Positions 38,305-45,259 of a stretch of 45,259 nt of DNA are shown here, one piece after another. Position 1 is the first letter of the stretch, and every line of letters starts with the position of its first letter. Made by a program: the position numbers and the translations under genes. Source of the stretch: Candidatus Heimdallarchaeota archaeon (lineage in GTDB: Archaea; Asgardarchaeota; Heimdallarchaeia; Heimdallarchaeales; Heimdallarchaeaceae); assembly GCA_021399345.1 (NCBI GenBank), contig JAAFKI010000067.1, forward strand, positions 1 through 45,259, given 5' to 3'. The notes beneath the pieces are model-generated. The model was not told the origin of the DNA. It searched no databases and was given only the letters and a program-made list of their open reading frames with translations.

Positions 38305-39399
38305 TCAGTTAATTGCTGAATACTTAATTATCTTTCTGTTTTCCTCAATCTCTACATTATCACAAACAACGGAATTCTTAATGAAAGCATTATTATTTAT
38401 CACAGAATTTTCCCAAATTACACTACGTTCTACCGAAACATTTTCTTTTAATTTCACATCCTTATGTAAAACTGAAAATGGTCCAACTACTGAATTCTTA
38501 GAAATCTCTACATTATCCCCAATTACAACTGGAGGAATAATTTTTGCAGTTTCATCAATTGTTAAATTTTCACCTATCCATATACCTTTCTTATTCTTAC
38601 CTGGTGGAGAATAATCGTTGACAAAACCTCTTAGAACGTCATAATTAGCCCACAGATAACTTCTAACATTCCCCGCATCTATCCAATAATAATCACCCAC
38701 ATAACCATTTAATTTGAATTTTTCTTGAAGAAGATAGGGAAACATATCTTGACCAAAATCTACAATATCTTTGAAATTATCCAAAATTTCTAGAGCCCTG
38801 TGTTTAAAAAAATATATTCCAGTATTAACCAAATTTTGATGAAATTCTGCTACAGGTCGATAAGCAAAAGCCATTGTTGTAAATAACATCTCTTCTGGTT
38901 TGGGTTTCTCTAAAAATATTTCTATATTTTGCTCTTCATCAAGAAGTATAACTCCAAATTTTTTTGTGGGAAAATCTATATTCTTCAAGCTGATTGTTGC
39001 ATAAGCATCAGTTGAATAGAAAAACTTCTGCATCTTATTAATCGAAAGATCACAAACTATATCTGCCATTGTTACTACAAAATCTCCTTCGATAATATCT
39101 GAAACATTTCTAACTGCATCAGCTGTTCCAATGGGGTCTATATCTGGAATAATAATCTCTAAATCAGAAAATTTAGTAGAATTGTTCAAATAGTCAATGA
39201 TCTGTTCTCCTAGATATTTCACTGCAATGATTATTTTAGAAATCCCTGCATCAGTAATTTGTTTTAATGCGAAGTCAATCATTGGAGTAAGGGTGACAGG
39301 AATCAAGGGTTTAGGTTTGTTAGCTGTTAATGGCCTTAAACGAGAACCTTTACCTCCAGCAAGAATAACAGCACAATCTACCTTAGGAACCTCAATCAC
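38305..39399 (-). CDS. NDP-sugar pyrophosphorylase (mannose/glucose-1-phosphate nucleotidyltransferase) with left-handed beta-helix
   Basis: ILAGGKGSRLRPLTANKPKP, FLEKP, NTGIY, DFGQD, YWIDAGN and hexapeptide repeats. Confidence 0.92.
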   Translation of the reverse strand: MIEVPKVDCAVILAGGKGSRLRPLTANKPKPLIPVTLTPMIDFALKQITDAGISKIIIAVKYLGEQIIDYLNNSTKFSDLEIIIPDIDPIGTADAVRNVSDIIEGDFVVTMADIVCDLSINKMQKFFYSTDAYATISLKNIDFPTKKFGVILLDEEQNIEIFLEKPKPEEMLFTTMAFAYRPVAEFHQNLVNTGIYFFKHRALEILDNFKDIVDFGQDMFPYLLQEKFKLNGYVGDYYWIDAGNVRSYLWANYDVLRGFVNDYSPPGKNKKGIWIGENLTIDETAKIIPPVVIGDNVEISKNSVVGPFSVLHKDVKLKENVSVERSVIWENSVINNNAFIKNSVVCDNVEIEENRKIIKYSAIN

Positions 39400-39853
39400 C
39401 TTCTTCTTTTCGTAATCTTTCAGATAACCAACCTATTCGAGTATCTTTGATACCCTTGATATCAAATTCAGGTACAAAAGGTTTGATATCTAGCAGAGGA
39501 GTATTATTCAGAATATCTACACCTTTGACGAGAAGTTTGTTTTTTTCAACACTTACTAACTGAACAATAGAAAAGCCTATTTTATTGGGTCTGTTCGGAT
39601 GACGAATTGCGAAAATTCCTTTAGGGTTAGTATCAAGATAAGGAACAATTTTCAGGTCAACAGTCTCTGCTCTATCAAAATAGTAAAGCAAAATAATGTG
39701 AGAAAAACCATCGATCTCTTCAAGTCCCTCAATATATTCCATATCAACAACTACAGTTCCAAAAGATTCTGAAAAACCGGTTTGAATTGGGACTTCTTCT
39801 GATTCATCGAAAGGAGATTCAATGAATCCAATTGGCTTAACTATTATTTCCAT
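39392..39853 (-). CDS. tsaA: tRNA m6t6A37 methyltransferase TsaA/TrmO
   Basis: KPIGFIESPF, FSHIILLYYF, GIFAIRHPNRPNKIG and TPLLDIKPF motifs. ATG 39853 is preferred. Confidence 0.92.
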   Translation of the reverse strand: MEIIVKPIGFIESPFDESEEVPIQTGFSESFGTVVVDMEYIEGLEEIDGFSHIILLYYFDRAETVDLKIVPYLDTNPKGIFAIRHPNRPNKIGFSIVQLVSVEKNKLLVKGVDILNNTPLLDIKPFVPEFDIKGIKDTRIGWLSERLRKEEGD

Positions 39854-39894
39854 AAATTTCACTATGATTGGTACTATATTTTTTTTGTGTATAA

Positions 39895-39920
39895 TTCTAG
39901 ACCTAGAATTTATATAGTTT
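39895..39920 (+). promoter_or_regulatory. Promoter conserved before all three surface-protein genes
   Basis: TTCTAGACCTAGAA then TTTATATA at 39895-39916; recurs at 40926-40947 (CTTATATA) and 41951-41972 (TTCTAGACCTATAA). Confidence 0.7.
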
Positions 39921-39961
39921 GGAGAAGAAACGTGTAGTTTAGAAGACAAGGAGGCTTTAAA

Positions 39962-40804
39962 ATCACCAAAAAAAGTATTTTAGTTACAACTTTATCTTTT
40001 GTTGTTATCATAGCTTCAATCACTACTGGATACAACTTTGCTAATGCAAACACCATAGAAGATTTCACATATAATGAAAATCTTGTTGCACCTTTGGAAT
40101 TATCTTGGGAAATGAAGGAATGTTCTGTAATTGGATATCCACTTCCTGAGGATTTTATCTGGCAGATTATTTCAGGAACTAATATGGTACAAGATGATAT
40201 ATTTAAGATAAAGTTCTTAAAAGATCCTAATAACTTAAGTTTATCTAATTATGAAGAATTATACTGGTCAGTGGAACCATGGGCAGAATTTTATTTGAAC
40301 TCCGAATTATTAGGCAATGATTCTTGCATGATTTTTTTTGATCTGCTTCCTCCTAAGATACAAAATTTCCCAGTTAAATTCATCTATCCACAAACAGTTC
40401 AAGTAGATGGATCTGAAACCAGCACTTTTGACCATTTATATGAGGATTTAAAACAATATGAACAATCTATTTCTGGAGCAAAATATGAACTATCAAATGA
40501 TGAAGATTCATTTTCGATAACATCGACAATTCATAAGAAATTCACATTGTTTTCTGTATCTGTAGTCATCGATGAAGATGCTACAGTGATCTATAATAAG
40601 GAATGGGGTGTTCTTAGCTCATACGAACTACACTATAAGGCAAAGTATGAAGATAGAACAGAAACAGCGGACATTTTATTAGAAATAACAGATGAGGATA
40701 TAAGAGTAGAAATTGCTCCTTTTAAATGGATAGCTGGAATTCCTGTACTGTTAATAGCAGGAGTTATTGTTATAAGTAGAAAGAGAAAACTAATCCGTAA
40801 ATAA
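39962..40804 (+). CDS. Secreted, C-terminally anchored surface protein, paralogue 1 (probable ATC start)
   Basis: In-frame signal peptide ITKKSILVTTLSFVVIIAS...ANA upstream of the track's TTG 40094; YNKEWGVLSSYEL motif; PFKWIAGI-TM-RKRK tail. Confidence 0.8.
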   Translation: MTKKSILVTTLSFVVIIASITTGYNFANANTIEDFTYNENLVAPLELSWEMKECSVIGYPLPEDFIWQIISGTNMVQDDIFKIKFLKDPNNLSLSNYEELYWSVEPWAEFYLNSELLGNDSCMIFFDLLPPKIQNFPVKFIYPQTVQVDGSETSTFDHLYEDLKQYEQSISGAKYELSNDEDSFSITSTIHKKFTLFSVSVVIDEDATVIYNKEWGVLSSYELHYKAKYEDRTETADILLEITDEDIRVEIAPFKWIAGIPVLLIAGVIVISRKRKLIRK

Positions 40805-40936
40805 TTCAATACAAAATCTGCAATTTTTTTTATTTTTTTGTTTAATTACATTAAATTGAATAAATTTCTAGATTCTTCTTTACTTCAGACTATATTTTTT
40901 TGAATAAATTCAGTATTGTAGACATTTCTAGACCTA
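40798..40936 (+). repeat. Near-identical direct repeat, copy A (intergenic terminator + promoter)
   Basis: Matches 41821-41961 with one substitution and two single-T indels; looser similarity extends over about 40736-41007. Confidence 0.95.
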
Positions 40937-40984
40937 GAACTTATATAGTTTCAAGAGTAAACGCCTATTTTAGAAAACAGTGAG

Positions 40985-41827
40985 GTGTTTAAAATTAATA
41001 AAAAGAATATTTCAGTTTTATCATTGACTCTAATAGCAATTTTAGTTTCAATTAATTATAGCCAAAACTTTGTTATTGCTAACAATATAGAAGATTTCAC
41101 ATATAATAACAATCTTGAAGCTCCCTTAGAATTATCATGGGTTATGACAACATTTTACATAATCTATGATACTCCGGAAGACTTTATTTGGGAGATAACT
41201 TCAGAAATTAACGTGACACAAGGAGATATTTTCAAGATAAAATTCCTAGAAGATCTAGACAATCTAACTTTAGCTAATTATGAGGATTTATACACTACGA
41301 ATGAAACTTGGGGAGAATTTTATTTAAATTCAGTATTACTAGGAGATGACGCCAGTTTGATTGGTTTTAATGAAATAGATCCATTTCTAGACTACTTTCC
41401 AGTAAAATTTATTTATCCACAAACTGTTCAAGTAGGAGGAGCTGAAATCAGTACTTTTGATTATTTATATGATGAGTTGAAACAATATGAATACTCTATG
41501 ATGGGAATGAAGTATAAATTAACTAATAGAGTAAAATTATTTTCAATAGAATCAACAATTCATTTTATAATAACTGTTGGATCTGAAGAAACAGATATCA
41601 ATCAAGAAGCTAAAGTGATATATAACAAAGAATGGGGCGTACTTAGCTCATATGAATTACACTTGACTAGTGTATCTGGTTCAGTTGTAGAAGAAGTTGA
41701 GATTTTGTTAGAAATAACTGATGAGGATATAAAAGTAACGCCTTTTGGATGGATTGCGGGAATTCCTGTCTTATTAATTGCAGGAGTTATTGTTATAAGA
41801 AGAAAGAGAAAACTAATCTATAAATAA
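40985..41827 (+). CDS. Secreted, C-terminally anchored surface protein, paralogue 2
   Basis: Signal peptide, same core motifs, PFGWIAGI-TM-RRKRK tail. Start is GTG 40985 or ATT 40994. Confidence 0.85.
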   Translation: MFKINKKNISVLSLTLIAILVSINYSQNFVIANNIEDFTYNNNLEAPLELSWVMTTFYIIYDTPEDFIWEITSEINVTQGDIFKIKFLEDLDNLTLANYEDLYTTNETWGEFYLNSVLLGDDASLIGFNEIDPFLDYFPVKFIYPQTVQVGGAEISTFDYLYDELKQYEYSMMGMKYKLTNRVKLFSIESTIHFIITVGSEETDINQEAKVIYNKEWGVLSSYELHLTSVSGSVVEEVEILLEITDEDIKVTPFGWIAGIPVLLIAGVIVIRRKRKLIYK

Positions 41828-41961
41828 TTCAATACAAAATCTGCAATTTTTTTTTATTTTTTTTGTTTAATTACATTAAATTGAATAAATTTCTAGATTC
41901 TTCTTTGCTTCAGACTATATTTTTTTGAATAAATTCAGTATTGTAGACATTTCTAGACCTA
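41821..41961 (+). repeat. Near-identical direct repeat, copy B
   Basis: Matches 40798-40936 as described for copy A. Confidence 0.95.
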
Positions 41962-42018
41962 TAATTTATATAGTTTCAAGGGTAAACACTTATTTTAGCA
42001 AGCACGGAGGCGTTTAAA

Positions 42019-42858
42019 ATAAATAAAAAGAAAATAGCTGTTTTATCGATATCTCTAATAGCAATTTTATTTTCACTTAGTTATGGTCAAAACTTTGTTA
42101 ATGCTATTGGAATAGACGATTTCACATACAATGATAATCTTGTAGCACCATTTGAATTATCTTGGGAAATGAAAACATTTTTTGTAACTGGGTATGGTTC
42201 CCCTGAAGACTTTATTTGGGAAATCAATGCAGGAACTAATATGACTGCAGGAGATATTTTCAAGATAAAATTCCTAGAAGATCCAGACAATCTAGCTTTA
42301 GTTAATTATGAGGATTTATTCACTACGAATGAAACCTGGGCAGAATTTCGACTAAATTCAGATTTACTAGGAAATGATGCCAGTCTGATTGATTTCAATG
42401 CAATACAACCGAATATAGATCTTTTTCCAATCCAATTCATATATCCACAAACTATTCTAGCAAATGGATCCGAAACCAATACTTTTGAATATTTGTACGA
42501 AGTTTACAGTCAATATGAAATGTCTACTCCGCAAGCAAAATATAAAGTAACTAACACTGATGAAGTATTTTCAATTGCTACAGAAGTTCATGTGTCATTC
42601 AGTGGTTTATTTGGTGGAAATATAGATATTGATGAAGAAGCGACAGTGACATATAACAAAGAATGGGGCGTACTTAGCTCATATGAATTAAAATTCAGGT
42701 TGAAATCCAACGGGTATGTAGATTCTGCTGAAATTTTGTTAGAAATTACAGATGAAGATATACTAGTTGCTGCACCTTTTGGATGGATAGCTGGAATTAC
42801 TGTACTGATAACTTTTGGAGTCATAACCTTACAAAGAAAGAAAAGAAACAAAACATAA
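42019..42858 (+). CDS. Secreted, C-terminally anchored surface protein, paralogue 3 (probable ATA start)
   Basis: In-frame signal peptide INKKKIAVLSISLIAILFS...VNA upstream of the track's ATG 42169; PFGWIAGI-TM-RKKR tail. Confidence 0.8.
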   Translation: MNKKKIAVLSISLIAILFSLSYGQNFVNAIGIDDFTYNDNLVAPFELSWEMKTFFVTGYGSPEDFIWEINAGTNMTAGDIFKIKFLEDPDNLALVNYEDLFTTNETWAEFRLNSDLLGNDASLIDFNAIQPNIDLFPIQFIYPQTILANGSETNTFEYLYEVYSQYEMSTPQAKYKVTNTDEVFSIATEVHVSFSGLFGGNIDIDEEATVTYNKEWGVLSSYELKFRLKSNGYVDSAEILLEITDEDILVAAPFGWIAGITVLITFGVITLQRKKRNKT

Positions 42859-43056
42859 GATATTTCAGAACAAATTCAAACTCTACCTTTTTTTCCTCTC
42901 TCTTTTTAATTATTTATAAAAACTAGACTTTTTTTTAAGTTTAATTGAACAAATTGAGACCAGTAACTTTTAAATTAGTCAATATTAACCCCTTCCCTCT
43001 AACAAATCATTTAAAAGTATGGAAGAGAGAAAATACTATAGGAAAGTGGTGTTATA

Positions 43057-43620
43057 GTGAGCCAAAGAATTTTCAAAATTTCGTTGCTAGGAGAAGGCGC
43101 AGTAGGAAAAACAAGTATACGTCGAACATACCTAGGAGAGAGTTTCAAAGAGGGGTACATGATGACAATAGGCGCTGACTTTGCTGTCAAAAAAATGATC
43201 CATAAGAACGTTGATTACACACTACAAATTTGGGATTTAGCTGGACAACAGCGATTTTCCGCAGTTCGTGAGGTTTATTATCGCGGAACAGCTGGTGCAT
43301 TATTAATTTTTGATATTTCTCGTCCTGAAACTTATTCTATTCTTCCCAATTGGTTGCATGAGCTTATCCGTAACAATAAGAACCGTATAGTTCCACTTGT
43401 TTTAATTGGAAATAAGGCTGATCTTCGTGACAGTACACCTAATGCTGTTCCAAAAGAGTACGCTCAAGAATATGCTGATCAACTTTCTGAATGGTCTGGT
43501 TTTTACATTCCTTATGTTGAAACCTCTGCCAAGACTGGTTTAAACGTTGAATCTGTTTTCAATATTTTAACCGAAAATATTTCTGCTTATTTTGAAAAAA
43601 TGACTGTTGAAAATAAGTAA
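43057..43620 (+). CDS. Rab-like small GTPase (eukaryotic signature protein)
   Basis: G1 GEGAVGKT, TIGADF, LQIWDLAGQQRF, YYRG, LIFDIS, G4 GNKAD, G5 ETSAK. Confidence 0.95.
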   Translation: MSQRIFKISLLGEGAVGKTSIRRTYLGESFKEGYMMTIGADFAVKKMIHKNVDYTLQIWDLAGQQRFSAVREVYYRGTAGALLIFDISRPETYSILPNWLHELIRNNKNRIVPLVLIGNKADLRDSTPNAVPKEYAQEYADQLSEWSGFYIPYVETSAKTGLNVESVFNILTENISAYFEKMTVENK

Positions 43621-43701
43621 TTATCCAATTTTCTTTTAGTTTTTCTACATACTAATTTATTTATATCTGTGAAAGTTTCTCATCTTGTTGGAGTAATCTT
43701 C

Positions 43702-44196
43702 ATGATCAAATCTATTGATATTCTGAATTACCTCTCTGAGAACAATTTCGAGCTTTCAACAGGTGTTCCCTGTTCTTATTTCAAAGAGCTCCTTATTGAG
43801 CTTGACAAAAGTGCTGATATACAGTATATTGCTTCTACTAGAGAGGATGAAGCTGTTGGTATTGCTTGTGGTTATTTTCTTGGTAAAAAGAATTGCTTCT
43901 TGATTATGCAAAATTCTGGTTTAGCTACGATCGGAGATGCTCTTACCTCCCTTGCTCAGCTCTATGAGATTCCCCTATTGATATTTGTCAGTTATCGCGG
44001 GCTTGAACCTGATAAAACCTTTCCTGAACATGTTATAATGGGGAATGTCACTGAAGCTGTTCTGGATGCTTATGGAATTCCTAATTGGAACATGAAAGGA
44101 GAAAATTGGAGAAAAATTCTAGATAAAGCATTGGAGCGTATGAACGAAGATTCTTCTGTAGTTTGTATTCTTGTTGAAAAGGGGGTTATCATCTGA
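43702..44196 (+). CDS. Sulfopyruvate/phosphonopyruvate decarboxylase alpha subunit (ComD-like)
   Basis: TGVPCSYFK, TREDEAVGIACG, MQNSGL, SYRG and PEH motifs. ATG 43702 follows GGAG. Confidence 0.85.
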   Translation: MIKSIDILNYLSENNFELSTGVPCSYFKELLIELDKSADIQYIASTREDEAVGIACGYFLGKKNCFLIMQNSGLATIGDALTSLAQLYEIPLLIFVSYRGLEPDKTFPEHVIMGNVTEAVLDAYGIPNWNMKGENWRKILDKALERMNEDSSVVCILVEKGVII

Positions 44197-44756
44197 TGAG
44201 AGGTGAAGAAGTCATCGCATCTCTGAAAGAATTTATCTCCGATGATACACTTATTGTTAGTTCAAACGGTAATGTTAGTCGGCAAGCTTACAACTTTTTA
44301 CCTCAACCTCAAGTCTATCTTAGAGGGAGTATGGGATTACCCATGTCTATTGGCTTAGGGTTAGCATTAGCACAACCAGAGAAACAAGTATTAGTTATAA
44401 CAGGTGATGGAAATTTCTTAATGGGTTTGAGCTCAATGACCACCATAGGAAATTACAAACCTCCCAACCTCAAAATAATCATATTAGATAACGCGATCTA
44501 TGCAACTACTGGAGGGCAAGAAACTGTTTCATCAACTGTAGATTATCTCAAACTGTTGGAAGGATTTGGGATTCAACATTATGGGAGTTTAAACTCGATC
44601 AAAAGTCCTTCAAAATTACTTGAAGCCTTTGAAATTCTTCTAACCAGCAAACAAACAGCTGTTTTGCACATAAATGTAGAAGAAGATATTGAGAATTTAG
44701 AGAATATCCCTTGGCAACCTAAAGAAATCAAAAATAAATTTATGGAGAAAATTTGA
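44196..44756 (+). CDS. Sulfopyruvate/phosphonopyruvate decarboxylase beta subunit (ComE-like)
   Basis: GSMGLPMSIGLG, TPP motif GDGNFLM...DN, TTGGQ; TGATG overlap with the alpha subunit. Confidence 0.85.
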   Translation: MRGEEVIASLKEFISDDTLIVSSNGNVSRQAYNFLPQPQVYLRGSMGLPMSIGLGLALAQPEKQVLVITGDGNFLMGLSSMTTIGNYKPPNLKIIILDNAIYATTGGQETVSSTVDYLKLLEGFGIQHYGSLNSIKSPSKLLEAFEILLTSKQTAVLHINVEEDIENLENIPWQPKEIKNKFMEKI

Positions 44757-44797
44757 TTGAAGATAGTTCTTAAATAATACGAGAGAGAGGTAAAAAC

Positions 44798-45079
44798 ATG
44801 GAGATTTCAGTTCAGTGCTTTGGACAGATAAGAACAATAACTAAAGAAAGATATGTTATTTTAAGCGTTCAAGATAAAATAACTATTACTAAAGCATTGG
44901 ATATTTTTGTTTCTAAATATGGTCCAGAACTAGAAAAATTACTCTATACTGACGGGAGAATAAGAGAGTTTTACTTCATACAACTAGACAAGGATAACAT
45001 CAAAAAAGATGATCTTGACACAACTATTGTCAAAGCAGATCAAGTAATCTCTATCATTCCTTTTATCTCTGGAGGATAA
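44798..45079 (+). CDS. MoaD/ThiS/SAMP ubiquitin-like sulfur carrier
   Basis: 93 aa; ISVQCFG start and ISIIPFISGG C-terminal diglycine. Confidence 0.9.
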   Translation: MEISVQCFGQIRTITKERYVILSVQDKITITKALDIFVSKYGPELEKLLYTDGRIREFYFIQLDKDNIKKDDLDTTIVKADQVISIIPFISGG

Positions 45080-45089
45080 GCTAAAACTG

Positions 45090-45259
45090 ATGGGTTAGGG
45101 GAGAGAAGCTAGCTACATAGACATAAAAGATGGGGATAATGCAGCTATTAGGATAATTTGCTAGCTTCTACTAATATTATGACATGAATTTTGTACAAAT
45201 TCTTTAGAAGTGCCTGAAGCACATCATGGGGACGCCACATCCCCTCCTACACCGCCCAC
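45090..45259. ncRNA. Possible structured RNA, unidentified and cut by the window end
   Basis: No substantial ORF; several inverted repeats; 32 of the last 50 nt are G/C in an AT-rich window. Confidence 0.3.

Noticed and set aside
40798-41961. CRISPR array or IS terminal repeats
   Set aside because: Only two long direct copies, explained by tandem gene duplication; no spacers, cas genes or transposase.
39962-42858. Diversity-generating retroelement TR/VR pair among the repeats
   Set aside because: No reverse transcriptase in the window, mismatches are not confined to adenines, and the repeats lie within paralogous genes.
990-43178. Short overlapping ORFs in the track (e.g. 990, 4851, 5541, 6997, 7520, 8066, 14307, 25831, 28639, 42087, 42945)
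   Set aside because: Antisense or off-frame shadows of well-supported genes, with no motifs.
44798-45079. True ubiquitin for the RING proteins
   Set aside because: The sequence pattern is MoaD/ThiS-type; no E1, E2 or JAB gene in the window.
45210-45259. 16S (ACACCGCCC), 5S or SRP Alu-domain fragment
   Set aside because: Only short chance-level matches; the flanking conserved motifs and the Alu loop-loop complementarity are missing.

Overview
AT-rich (roughly 30% GC, by eye), gene-dense window, most likely from an Asgard archaeon (Heimdallarchaeia-like). That is an inference from TATA boxes, GGTGA/GGAGG ribosome sites, a Rab-like GTPase, a TPR-longin fusion, RING proteins and F420-type LLM oxidoreductases. 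Ordinary content: the 3' end of hppA, pepT, an M29 aminopeptidase, a glycogen cluster (GalT-like, GH57, glgA, GH57 branching enzyme, degenerate PGM), a small glycosylation cluster, threonine synthase, tsaA, a ComDE-like TPP decarboxylase and a MoaD/ThiS protein. The best candidate for an undescribed system is an operon at 25311-28934. It encodes three membrane-anchored paralogues whose C-terminal zinc-finger + RING module has the Cys/His spacing I recall for eukaryotic GATOR2/SEACAT subunits (WDR24, Mios), plus a membrane zinc-ribbon protein. Other highlights: a membrane-tethered wHTH-PH regulator facing a paralogous PH gene across a 24-bp palindrome; several genes that appear to need non-canonical ATC/ATA/CTG starts; a mosaic triplet of surface-protein genes; a RelE that looks disarmed; a 46-aa zinc-ribbon gene missed by the ORF track; and a GC-rich hairpin region at the right edge. 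No CRISPR array, rRNA, tRNA or transposase was recognised. All family calls come from motif recognition, not database searches.
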